A stretch of DNA of 60,102 bases, from the NCBI GenBank assembly GCA_001821435.1, contig MHLP01000037.1:1-60102 (forward strand), in the 5' to 3' direction. A program made the position numbers and the translations under genes. The DNA comes from Candidatus Lloydbacteria bacterium RIFCSPLOWO2_01_FULL_50_20. Lineage in GTDB: Bacteria > Patescibacteriota > Minisyncoccia > Phycocordibacterales > UBA6899. Position 1 is the stretch's first letter. Each line of letters starts with the position of its first letter. Positions 1 through 8,995 of the stretch are shown here, piece after piece. The notes under the pieces are model-generated. The model made no database searches. It was not told where the DNA came from and saw only the letters and a program-made list of their open reading frames with translations.

Positions 1-92
1 AATTGCGTCATAATTATTTACTCAACTAGCTCTTAATAGAGCCACCTTATCATGATATTAGCCTCACAAATTTACTATTAAGCCGAGGATGC

Positions 93-554
93 TTGAAGAG
101 ACAGTCAAGGAGTTGGCAATTGAAAAAGACCGCCGCGGAAAAACCAAAGAAGATCTGGAGCGACTGCTCTATCTTGAAAGCGATCCTGAATCCCTCGCGG
201 AAAGGATATGAGGTAAAAATAAAGAATCCCGAAGTGACTTTTCTTGGCGTGAGCAATCAGCCAGACTATGCCACGGTGTTTCTCACTTTTTATCCCGCGA
301 TGCGGGTGATCGAACTTCGGTCGCTTAAGCTCTATTTCCATCAGTTCAGGGATATGATCGTTTCGTACGAACGGCTGATCAACATCATCTACGACGATCT
401 TATGAAGGTCTACGAGCCGGAGCGTTTGCGTGTCGTTATGACATTTGCGGCGCGTGGAGGCATCAGCTCCAAGCTGACCATCGATTCTGACTGGAAAGTT
501 CGCGGCGGAAAGGAAAGGTTCAAAGACTGGTTCGGGCAGCCCGAGGAGTGGTAA
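93..554 (+). CDS. QueF-like T-fold protein (7-cyano-7-deazaguanine reductase family) lacking the catalytic Cys
   Basis: 153-aa ORF with a TTG start in the track. By-eye match to type-I QueF: NQPDYATVFLTFYP (QPD-x-AT), ELRSLKLYFHQFR (QueF E-x-K-S-x-K-L-Y motif) and ARGGIS. The SLCP thioimide-Cys position reads FLGVS. Confidence 0.7.
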   Translation: MKRQSRSWQLKKTAAEKPKKIWSDCSILKAILNPSRKGYEVKIKNPEVTFLGVSNQPDYATVFLTFYPAMRVIELRSLKLYFHQFRDMIVSYERLINIIYDDLMKVYEPERLRVVMTFAARGGISSKLTIDSDWKVRGGKERFKDWFGQPEEW

Positions 555-585
555 AAGGGGCACTGAGGCCAAACTGCAACATGGT

Positions 586-612
586 AAACAGCGTCATCAG
601 CGCTGTTTTTTT
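586..612 (+). terminator. Rho-independent terminator after the queF-like gene
   Basis: Stem aaacagcg / cgctgttt (586-593 / 601-608) followed by a T-run to 612. Confidence 0.6.
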
Positions 613-686
613 GTTAACCGGCATTCTCGGCATGTTTCTGTAGTTATAGTTATCCACAGAGGGTTTAGCGTTGGGCTTGTGGGTTT

Positions 687-717
687 TCTATTTATTTTCT
701 ATAATGTAAAAAATAGA
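687..717. promoter_or_regulatory. Inverted repeat TCTATTT-N17-AAATAGA bracketing a TATAAT box upstream of lexA (candidate operator/promoter)
   Basis: TCTATTT at 687-693, TATAAT at 700-705, AAATAGA at 711-717. Lies about 35 nt upstream of the lexA ATG. Confidence 0.3.
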
Positions 718-748
718 TTAGAAATTAAATAGTTCCTTTATTCACACC

Positions 749-1426
749 ATGATGCTCACGAAAAAACAAAAAGAGGTGCTCGACTTTGTGCGTGCATACA
801 CGACAAAGCACGAGTTCGCGCCCTCGCTTGAGGAGATACGCAAGCATTTCAAGCTCGCCTCAGTCTCGACTGCGCATCATTACATGAAGAAGCTTGAAGA
901 GGGAAAATATCTGACGCGCGAGGCCAATCAGCCGCGCGCAGTTTCACTGCAGCCCTTCGATTTTTCCATGTCGCTGTCGGGAACATTCTCGGGTTTTGAA
1001 TTCCTCTCGATCCCTCTCGTTGATTCCGCCAATTGCGGCCCCGCGTCACTGCTTGCCGAAGAGAATATCGAAGGGTATCTCACCGTGAAGCGCGATCTTG
1101 TTCCGCGCAAAAGCGGCATCTTCGCACTCCGTGCGTCGGGTAATTCGCTCAATCGCGCGAAGGTGCGCACGGGGAATACCGAGAAGAGTATCGAGAACGG
1201 CGATCTTGTCCTTATTGATTCCGAAGACCGCAACATCAAAGACGGCGATTATGTGCTTTCCATCATTGGCGGTGCCGCGAATCTCAAGAAGTACAAATTC
1301 GACCGCAAACAGCATCAGATCATGCTCCTTTCCGAATCTACCGAGGATTTCAAGCCTATCATCATCCTTCCCGGCGACGATTTCGCTATCAACGGGAAAG
1401 TAGTCGCTGTTATCAAAAGGGGGTAA
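749..1426 (+). CDS. lexA: LexA repressor (winged-helix plus S24 peptidase)
   Basis: N-terminal KKQKEVLDFV...PSLEEIRKHF wHTH. IPLVDSANCGP cleavage-site region. GNSL (Ser) and NLKKY (Lys) catalytic dyad. Confidence 0.9.
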   Translation: MMLTKKQKEVLDFVRAYTTKHEFAPSLEEIRKHFKLASVSTAHHYMKKLEEGKYLTREANQPRAVSLQPFDFSMSLSGTFSGFEFLSIPLVDSANCGPASLLAEENIEGYLTVKRDLVPRKSGIFALRASGNSLNRAKVRTGNTEKSIENGDLVLIDSEDRNIKDGDYVLSIIGGAANLKKYKFDRKQHQIMLLSESTEDFKPIIILPGDDFAINGKVVAVIKRG

Positions 1427-1549
1427 ACATTCAGATTTTTGCGCACTACTCGTCCTTCCCTCAACAAGTCGAGTCACCGTAGATTACTACGGCTTCTCGA
1501 CATTACCTCAGTCCAGGACTTCGCATTGCATCAAAAATCTGAATGTTTA
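1424..1549. repeat. 126-bp palindromic (MITE-like) element with perfect 18-bp terminal inverted repeats between lexA and dinB
   Basis: TAAACATTCAGATTTTTG (1424-1441) is the exact reverse complement of 1532-1549. Internal nested hairpin gtcgag-tca-ccgtag-atta-ctacgg-ctt-ctcgac (1468-1501). Starts on the lexA stop codon. Confidence 0.7.
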
Positions 1550-1579
1550 GAGACACTAACTAGTGGTAGCTAAAATAGA

Positions 1580-2803
1580 ATGAAAACTATTCTCCATATG
1601 GATGGCGACGCATTTTTTGTCGGCGTTGAAGTTGCTAAGGAGCACAAACTCAAAGGTCTTCCGGTTGTGACCGGAGAAGAACGCGGCATTGTTTCCGCTT
1701 TATCCTATGAGGCAAAGGCGCTCGGCATCGTTCGGGGACTGCCCATATTCAGGGTGAAAAGAGATTTTCCGAATGTCATTGTTCTGCCCGGCGACTACGC
1801 ATCGTACGCGCGCTATTCGACGATGATGTTCGATATCGTGCGCAGGTACGTGGACGACGTCGAGGAATACAGTATCGACGAATGTTTTGCCGATCTCACC
1901 GGACTTGAGCCTCCGCTCAAAATGACCTACCGACAAATTGCCGAGCGGATCAAGCGAGAGGTCAATGAGGGGCTAGGGCTCTCGGTCACGATAGGTGTCG
2001 CGCCGACGAAGGTGCTCGCAAAGGTTGCGTCAAAATGGGTCAAACCGAACGGGCTCACCGTTATCGAGCGTTCCACTGCTCCCGATTTCCTCGCCAAGAC
2101 TTCCATTGAGAAGATCTGGGGTATCGGTCCGAGAACGTCGGAGAAATTAAAAAAGAAGGGGATACAGACGGCGCAGGATTTCGCGCTTAAAGATCTTGGA
2201 TGGGTAAAAAGAGAATTCTCTAAACCCTATGAAGTGCTATGGCTGGAATTGAACGGCACCTCGGTCATGGAGATCGACCCGATGCCGAAGACGGCATATT
2301 CGTCCATTCAAAAAACGCGGACATTCCATCCGGCAACGAACGACAAGACTTTTCTTCGCGCGCAGTTTTCGAAACACATCGAGGACGCCTGCGCGAAGGC
2401 GAGGCACTACGCGCTCAGGCCCAAAAAGCTCTCCATTTTTTTGAAGACACGAGATTTCCGCTACCATGTGACGTCCGTGGCGCTCTCACCGCCGACCAAC
2501 GCACCCGAAGTCTTGATCGAGCTCGCACATCGCGGGATGAAGACTATTCACAGGGAAGGTGTGCTCTACCGAACTGCGGGGGTGACGCTCTCTGATCTTG
2601 TTCCCGATGCCTTGATGCAAGAGGATCTTTTCGGTGAAACGGCGAGGTCTGAAAAGCTTGGACGCCTGCATAAAAACATCGACCGACTGGAGGAAAAGCT
2701 CGGCAAACGCATCGTCTATCTCGCGTCAACGTATCAAGCGCTTAAGCAGAAAAAGGTCGGAACGGATACTGATGATCTGGATCGCGATCTATTGTTTCTT
2801 TGA
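1580..2803 (+). CDS. dinB: DNA polymerase IV (Y-family translesion polymerase)
   Basis: ILHMDGDAFFVGVE, SIDECFADLT and GIGPRTSEKLKKKGI (HhH) motifs. 407 aa. Confidence 0.9.
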   Translation: MKTILHMDGDAFFVGVEVAKEHKLKGLPVVTGEERGIVSALSYEAKALGIVRGLPIFRVKRDFPNVIVLPGDYASYARYSTMMFDIVRRYVDDVEEYSIDECFADLTGLEPPLKMTYRQIAERIKREVNEGLGLSVTIGVAPTKVLAKVASKWVKPNGLTVIERSTAPDFLAKTSIEKIWGIGPRTSEKLKKKGIQTAQDFALKDLGWVKREFSKPYEVLWLELNGTSVMEIDPMPKTAYSSIQKTRTFHPATNDKTFLRAQFSKHIEDACAKARHYALRPKKLSIFLKTRDFRYHVTSVALSPPTNAPEVLIELAHRGMKTIHREGVLYRTAGVTLSDLVPDALMQEDLFGETARSEKLGRLHKNIDRLEEKLGKRIVYLASTYQALKQKKVGTDTDDLDRDLLFL

Positions 2804-2836
2804 TCGACTTTATACGTAAAAACGTTAGGGGAAAGG

Positions 2837-3256
2837 TTAGGAACTCTTTTTCCGCATAGTGTAGAATCTATAAGCAATGAGCACAATGCTTATCACGACA
2901 AAAAGGAGTGAGACGAGAAACGCAATGCGGCCCTTATCGGTCGGGAACAACCAATCACCGCTATAATCTGGCGCAAGAAAAATAAGAAGCATGGAGAGCG
3001 GTATCCACCACCGTGCAAAACGAAACCATGCACGATATATCTCGTCCTGCATCCAATAGGTAATGAGGGAGAAAAGAAAAAGTGGGAGGGTCGGGAGAAA
3101 GACAATCAAAACATCATAGAGAGTATCCATGCATCTTCCGTATTCAACGCTACCACATAAACGAAATGTCCCAATTTGATCTAGAATAAATAAAACTACT
3201 GTCACAAACCCGGAAATCCATAGCACGTTTTTTTTTGTGACCAACTTTTCCATCAT
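2837..3256 (-). CDS. Small integral membrane protein (hypothetical)
   Basis: Start trimmed to MMEKLVTKK (ATG at 3256). The longer track ORF would overlap the upstream gene's end. About 4 hydrophobic helices. Confidence 0.55.
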   Translation of the reverse strand: MMEKLVTKKNVLWISGFVTVVLFILDQIGTFRLCGSVEYGRCMDTLYDVLIVFLPTLPLFLFSLITYWMQDEIYRAWFRFARWWIPLSMLLIFLAPDYSGDWLFPTDKGRIAFLVSLLFVVISIVLIAYRFYTMRKKSS

Positions 3257-3284
3257 GTATATTAGTATACCAAAGTTTCGCATT

Positions 3285-6200
3285 CTACCGCACCCACACC
3301 ACCACTGAATAAGTTGCCCCGTCATCCAGCTTCGCGGAAATACGATACCAATACCCCGCAAGCAGTCCCTTTGTGCTCCAATCATAGATATATTGCTGGT
3401 CAGCGGTGTCCCAGCGATATGTGGTACCGTTTGTCGAAGTGTTTATTGAGGCAACTTCGTTTGTGCTGGCGTTCATGGGAGACACTTGTTCGGGTGGCAG
3501 CCAGAGTGGCACCGCAGAGGCCTGTACTAAATTTCCACCCGCATCCTTGAGTTGAAACCTTACTGGTATTGTACTTCCGCCCTTGAAAACTGAAGATGTC
3601 AGCCCCGGCCACACGCTCGTATCATTGATTGGCTGAAGGAAGCCAGAGAAGAGGTAGCTGGGAGGTCGAGGAATAGTGACGGTGTCATTGAGTTTTGGTG
3701 CAAGGGTGATATCTGTTGTGCCATCACCGTCTTCGTCAATGAACATTGAGGAAATAGTGGCAATGTCGGATGTGATATTAAGTACCACGCTTGTTGTCGG
3801 CATTGTTGGTACGTCTTTCCATGTTGTACTTGCAATGAGCGTGTCTCCCGCGAGCTCTTGGGCACTAAAGGTGAATGTTCCAGTCGCGTAACCGTTCATA
3901 ATAATTTTGCCAACGAGATTGGTGTCAGTGAAGAGATATTTTGCATCACCGACTTCAGTATAGTATGTGCCGGGAATCTGCTCCTCGACTTGCCCTGTCG
4001 TTGTCGAGACGCCCGTGTGGCGACCTTTCTCGTCATAGAGATCGAGGGTGAGCGGAGAGTGGAGTGAATATACCAAGCGCATGTCTGTGCTGGTCGGCGT
4101 TTCGACGGAGAGGTATGAATATTCGGAAAGCGGTTTTTTGATGTTTGTAAGGAGATCGGAAATAAAGTTATTTAGTCCGTCGACCTCGAGAATCCTTGAA
4201 TGATCAAAAGAAAAAAATCCTCCGAGAGTATTCACAAAATGATCTCGATTATAAGCTCTCAAGTTCACCCAATAATTTATCGCCCCAGTGGACGTACTCG
4301 TCCAGAGCGCACTGGGGATGAGTACTGTCCCATCGCCATCAATTGTGAAATTCATCCCCGTTTCAAATGAGGTGCTCGGGGGTAGGCATCCGGCACCAGG
4401 GAGACAGAATTGGCTGGTTTTTTGCGTGTAATTAATTCCACTAACTGTCTTAGGCACCCCCCAGCCGGCAATTTGGATCAGCTTGACACCCGGAGGAGGT
4501 GCCCAGCTATCAAGGTTGGTGTGAAGCACTTCGGCATCGGAAAACAGCCCATCGTTTAATTGGATCGGCCTTGCGATATCTGTGCTTTGTGAATCTGCGC
4601 GCCCATAGCTATCAGTGAGAAAGGCGCGAAGCGTGATTTCCGAATTAATGTTCTCACCATAGCGTGTCGCCCAGTCAGAAAGAGTCGCTGGATCAAACGT
4701 GACAACTGGAGTGCGTACATCATTAAAATATCCCGCAGACGGCAGAAGGTGATAGAGCATGGGCGACGTACTCGCAAAAGTACGTGCAACTGAATTTAAG
4801 GTGATAAGTCCAAAGAGGTGATCTTGATCGTAGCCATGGAGTGAAGCTGCAATTGCTGCAGGTGTTCCTACTTGTGGTACTGCAACAAAGATCATTTTGT
4901 CGATTAATTTCGGTGCATCGGCCCCGAGAAGCTGAGTGAGTTTCTTTGCTACTAATCCGCCGTTCGAATGCGCGACGATTGTCACCCTCCCTGTTTTTGA
5001 TGTTGCTGCAAGGCGGCGAAGTTCCTGAATAATATATGGCGACGATGTTGCCTTATTATATGAAATATTGCCATTTTCTTTTTTTCCGCTCGAAAGAATA
5101 TCAGACAATGAGAGCCGCCAGTCATACGGCACAGCTTCCCAGTCATTAATGATATGCTCTGATTTCAGGTTATCCATTCTCGTACTAAAGGACTTATAGA
5201 TATTTGATCCCGTCACGTTTATCTCACCGATCACATCACGGGTGTAAATATCGAACGCCGCCGTACTTTTTCCGTTTGCATCGAGATATAACTTGCGCAC
5301 GTCGTCGTTTCGGTTGGGTTCCCAGAGTTGGTTCTCGCAGTTAATGAACCAACAGTTGGGATCGTCATATGCATACAACCTCGATGCTTCGATGCCCGGC
5401 AAAAACAGTACATTGGAGACGCAGAGGTCGGGGCCTTCCGTTGCGAGGGGGTTACAGCTGGTAAAGTTGCCGAAGTCCACATTATCCGAAACGCGGTCAC
5501 CGGTGCCTCCCGGGTTCGAGGGATGTGTCGGGCCGGATGGATCGCCCCAATAATTGTCCGTTGCGTCGATAGAAATTGCTGAACCATTGTAGAGGCCGTA
5601 TGAGGGATTATCGTGAATGCCCGAGCGATGAATAGCGAATGTTCCATTGCTGATCCATATGCCGTAGAGAGTGCTTGACGCGATCTCGGAATCAACGACC
5701 GTTGCTCTACCTCCGAGCTGGAGCAGGCCAAAGTTGCCGCTGCGCGCGAGCTCTACACGATCGAGTGTGAGCGTGCCGCCGTTATTCTTGATCGCTGAGA
5801 GCCAGTCATATCCGCCGTAGAGGATACGCGCATTCTCGATGCGACCGGTCGAGCCTGGATTGAAGACGATGCTCCTCCATTCGCCGGCATGGGGAAGAGT
5901 TGCATCACCGTCGCCGTTGGTATCTCCGCCTAACGAATCATCGGTGATAGAAGTTATGACGACCTCGTCGGTGGAAGTACTTGAGCCGACATTTAATATT
6001 CCATCAACGGGAATGATCACGTCCGGACGCATCTTTATGATCGCACCGGGAAGTATATTCAATGTAAAACCGTAAGGCACGGTGAGGTATCGGGGAACAT
6101 AGGGAAGGCCATCACCGGGAAGAACGAGATCCTCTTCAAGTGAGAGTCCGAGGGAGATCGCTCCTTCTCCGGTATTTCCGCCATGACTCATAAAGTGTAT

Positions 6201-6965
6201 TGAGGAACCGTCGACGGCAATAGCCTTGCGAGAAGAGATATGCGCGAACGTATTATTGCCAACTACAAATGTTGCCCCAGTAGAAACCGAGATTCCTTCC
6301 GTGAGCGTGTTGAAGTTCGAATCCATAACGGTAAGCGTACTATGATGAGCGGTAACGCCATTTCTTCCAAAGTTTGCAAAAGTGGAGTTGGTGATCGCGG
6401 CAGAGCCGGCAACTTGAGTAAGCCCATCATTTCCGCCCCATGATAATGTCACATGATCAAGCGTGAGCGTGCCGCCGTTATTGGTTATAAGCGGGTTCAT
6501 ATAGGATCCTCCAGACCACGGGTTGTATGGCGACGCGCCGCCATACCGAATAACCGTATTCGTGACGGTGCCCATTGACCACGAGTTAAAGACCATCGTG
6601 TTCCAGTCACCAGTCTGTGGTGCGCTGGTGGAACCATCACCATTCGTATCACCACCGGCAGAGTCATCTTTTAGAGAAGTAATGATCACCGGTTCATTGT
6701 CCGCTCGTCCGATGATGAGCGTGCCGTCAACGGTGAACGGGTTACTCATTTCCGCCGCCTTCACGATAGCGCCCGGTTCTATGGTAAGTGAGGAGCCTAA
6801 TGGAATAGAAACACCGCTGGTCACGTACGGCCCGTTTGCTTTCGTCCACGTTATATCGCCCGCGATCGTACCGGAGAATGAGGTATCCGCTTGGGCGATG
6901 TTCCACGCAAAAAAAGCTAAAAAGACGGCTATAATAAACGATAATCTTGTTCTGTGGATATTCAT
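3285..6965 (-). CDS. Large secreted protein: duplicated right-handed beta-helix modules, central alpha/beta-hydrolase (lipase-like), C-terminal Ig-like domain
   Basis: Start trimmed to MNIHRTRLSFIIAVFLAFFAWNIAQA (signal peptide). Two paralogous blocks: ITSLKDDSAGGDTNGDGS...NNGGTLTLDHV and ITSITDDSLGGDTNGDGD...NNGGTLTLDRV. GXSXG nucleophile motif in VTIVAHSNGGLVAKK. Confidence 0.8.
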   Translation of the reverse strand: MNIHRTRLSFIIAVFLAFFAWNIAQADTSFSGTIAGDITWTKANGPYVTSGVSIPLGSSLTIEPGAIVKAAEMSNPFTVDGTLIIGRADNEPVIITSLKDDSAGGDTNGDGSTSAPQTGDWNTMVFNSWSMGTVTNTVIRYGGASPYNPWSGGSYMNPLITNNGGTLTLDHVTLSWGGNDGLTQVAGSAAITNSTFANFGRNGVTAHHSTLTVMDSNFNTLTEGISVSTGATFVVGNNTFAHISSRKAIAVDGSSIHFMSHGGNTGEGAISLGLSLEEDLVLPGDGLPYVPRYLTVPYGFTLNILPGAIIKMRPDVIIPVDGILNVGSSTSTDEVVITSITDDSLGGDTNGDGDATLPHAGEWRSIVFNPGSTGRIENARILYGGYDWLSAIKNNGGTLTLDRVELARSGNFGLLQLGGRATVVDSEIASSTLYGIWISNGTFAIHRSGIHDNPSYGLYNGSAISIDATDNYWGDPSGPTHPSNPGGTGDRVSDNVDFGNFTSCNPLATEGPDLCVSNVLFLPGIEASRLYAYDDPNCWFINCENQLWEPNRNDDVRKLYLDANGKSTAAFDIYTRDVIGEINVTGSNIYKSFSTRMDNLKSEHIINDWEAVPYDWRLSLSDILSSGKKENGNISYNKATSSPYIIQELRRLAATSKTGRVTIVAHSNGGLVAKKLTQLLGADAPKLIDKMIFVAVPQVGTPAAIAASLHGYDQDHLFGLITLNSVARTFASTSPMLYHLLPSAGYFNDVRTPVVTFDPATLSDWATRYGENINSEITLRAFLTDSYGRADSQSTDIARPIQLNDGLFSDAEVLHTNLDSWAPPPGVKLIQIAGWGVPKTVSGINYTQKTSQFCLPGAGCLPPSTSFETGMNFTIDGDGTVLIPSALWTSTSTGAINYWVNLRAYNRDHFVNTLGGFFSFDHSRILEVDGLNNFISDLLTNIKKPLSEYSYLSVETPTSTDMRLVYSLHSPLTLDLYDEKGRHTGVSTTTGQVEEQIPGTYYTEVGDAKYLFTDTNLVGKIIMNGYATGTFTFSAQELAGDTLIASTTWKDVPTMPTTSVVLNITSDIATISSMFIDEDGDGTTDITLAPKLNDTVTIPRPPSYLFSGFLQPINDTSVWPGLTSSVFKGGSTIPVRFQLKDAGGNLVQASAVPLWLPPEQVSPMNASTNEVASINTSTNGTTYRWDTADQQYIYDWSTKGLLAGYWYRISAKLDDGATYSVVVWVR

Positions 6966-7188
6966 CTGGAATTCATGAAAAAAGTGATATAATAGACGCT
7001 TGGTAGTGTATGGGTATAGGGAAGTAAGACCGAAAATCGTTATTTTTCCTAAAACTACGCAGAATAGCGGGAAACGCAAGGAACTTGCGCTTTTTGTTAA
7101 AGCATGGTAACATGTTAACCATATTGTAGGTTGTAGGCGTGTTTTGGTTTTATCACTCCATTCGTTAATTTATAAATAAATTTATTTT

Positions 7189-8448
7189 ATGTTCAAAAAA
7201 AGTATATTCGTTTCCGTGCTTGCGTTACTTTTTGTTTCAGGAACGTCCGTCGCCGTTGTGTATGCGAATGCTCATGACAAGGAGGATCGCGTCCCCGGAC
7301 AATATATCGTCGTGCTCAAGGATTCGGTCGTTGATTCCGATCTCGTGGGCGACGCGCTCGTCGAGAAGCATAAAGGTCAGAAACTGTTTACCTACAACAA
7401 AGCGGTCAAGGGATTCGCGGCGGTGCTTCCCGATGCTGAGGTTGTCGAACTCAAGAAAGATCCTCGCGTGCTCTTCGTGAGCGAAGACAGAAAAGTGGAG
7501 ATAGTTGCGCGTCCCAGTGACGTGACCGTTATGGCACAATCGCTCCCGACGGGTGTTAATCGCATCAATGCCGAGAACAAACTCAACAAAGGTGCAGGCG
7601 TTCATGTCGCGGTCATTGATACGGGCATAGATCTTAAGCACCAGGATCTCAATGCAAACATCGCAGGAGGAAAGAATTGTTCCACCGGCAGAAGTTATAC
7701 CGACGGCAATGGTCACGGGACGCATGTCGCTGGAACGATCGCTGCGCTCAAGAATGACCGAGGAGTTGTCGGCGTTGCGCCGGAAGCGAAACTCTGGTCT
7801 GTGCGCGTGCTCAATAATTCCGGCTCCGGAACATGGTCTTCCGTCATCTGCGGCGTCGATTTCGTCACCTCGAAGGCTCCTGCAAACGGCGGACCGATCA
7901 CTGTGGCGAACATGAGCTTGGGCGGAGGAGGTGCGAGCGACAACGCTTGCGGAAAGGACAACAATGACGCATTGCATTATGCCATCTGCCGTTCGCGCGA
8001 TGCGGGCGTGACCTATGTCGTTGCGGCGGGGAATGAAGGAGTTGATACCGCGCTGTCTGTTCCGGCGGCATACGATGATGCAGTTATCACGGTTTCCGCG
8101 CTTGCCGATTCGGACGGAGTGGCGGGAGGAGCCGGAAGTGCGACTTCGTACGGTGCCGACGATACGTTCGCTTCATTCAGCAATTTTGGAAGCGCAGTGG
8201 ATATTGCGGCTCCTGGCGTGAAGATCTACTCGACATGGAAGGGCGGCGGTTATGCGACGCTGAACGGCACAAGCATGGCGACGCCGCATGTTGCGGGAGC
8301 TGCTGCGCTCTATATTGCGGCACATCCCGGAGCGACATGGACAGCCGTGCGCGACGCACTTGTTGCAGCCGGAGAGGCGCTTGGCGACGGACACACCGAC
8401 CCGTCGGGACTTCATCCTGAAGTTCTCGTTCGCGCTGATACGCTCTAA
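7189..8448 (+). CDS. Subtilisin-like serine protease (S8) with I9 propeptide and signal peptide
   Basis: Catalytic triad motifs VAVIDTGID, HGTHVAGT and GTSMATPHVAG. N-terminal hydrophobic signal. Confidence 0.9.
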   Translation: MFKKSIFVSVLALLFVSGTSVAVVYANAHDKEDRVPGQYIVVLKDSVVDSDLVGDALVEKHKGQKLFTYNKAVKGFAAVLPDAEVVELKKDPRVLFVSEDRKVEIVARPSDVTVMAQSLPTGVNRINAENKLNKGAGVHVAVIDTGIDLKHQDLNANIAGGKNCSTGRSYTDGNGHGTHVAGTIAALKNDRGVVGVAPEAKLWSVRVLNNSGSGTWSSVICGVDFVTSKAPANGGPITVANMSLGGGGASDNACGKDNNDALHYAICRSRDAGVTYVVAAGNEGVDTALSVPAAYDDAVITVSALADSDGVAGGAGSATSYGADDTFASFSNFGSAVDIAAPGVKIYSTWKGGGYATLNGTSMATPHVAGAAALYIAAHPGATWTAVRDALVAAGEALGDGHTDPSGLHPEVLVRADTL

Positions 8449-8464
8449 TATTTTTTCCATCACA

Positions 8465-8501
8465 AAAGAAAGACCGCCGGAATACAGGCGGTCTTTCTTT
8501 T
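8465..8501 (+). terminator. Rho-independent terminator
   Basis: 14-bp stem aaagaaagaccgcc / ggcggtctttcttt with an 8-nt loop and trailing Ts. Confidence 0.8.
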
Positions 8502-8535
8502 GCGCGGAAAAATTTGCTGTATAATGAATTTCAGT

Positions 8536-8970
8536 ATGGCAAAACAGATACACATTCTGCTCGTTGATGATGATGTTGAAATTTTACGCCTCTACAGCGC
8601 CCAGCTTGCGGCGGCGGGATTCGAAGTGCTTCAGGCGCATGACGGCAACGAAGGACGCGAGATGGCGCGGCGGTTCCAGCCCGACCTCATTTTGCTTGAT
8701 GTGCGCATGCCAGTCATGGATGGATATAAAACGCTCATTTACATGAAGCACGAAGATGTCACAAAAAAGATTCCCGTCCTTTTTCTCACTAACGAAGATT
8801 TCAGCATTGAGGCGCAGAAGGCCGCGATAGAAATAGGCGCGGAAGGCTATGTCCCGAAGAGCGGACTGCGCGAAGATCTACTCAAAAAGGTGAACGAGAT
8901 ATTGGTGAAATACGGCCACGAAATACCCAAAGGTCCGGTCGGAGAAGAGGGCGGGTACGGCAAACAATAA
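8536..8970 (+). CDS. Single-domain response regulator (receiver only)
   Basis: ILLVDDD, LILLDVRMPVMDG and VLFLTN, then K in YVPK. Start set at MAKQIH. Confidence 0.85.
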   Translation: MAKQIHILLVDDDVEILRLYSAQLAAAGFEVLQAHDGNEGREMARRFQPDLILLDVRMPVMDGYKTLIYMKHEDVTKKIPVLFLTNEDFSIEAQKAAIEIGAEGYVPKSGLREDLLKKVNEILVKYGHEIPKGPVGEEGGYGKQ

Positions 8971-8995
8971 TTAGAGAGAATAGGCTGACAAGAGC

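Noticed and set aside
1-92. A preQ1 riboswitch upstream of the queF-like gene. A small hairpin gctct-taat-agagc lies at about 30-43.
   Set aside because: The loop is too small, and there is no A-rich tail or pseudoknot-forming segment as in preQ1-I/II/III.
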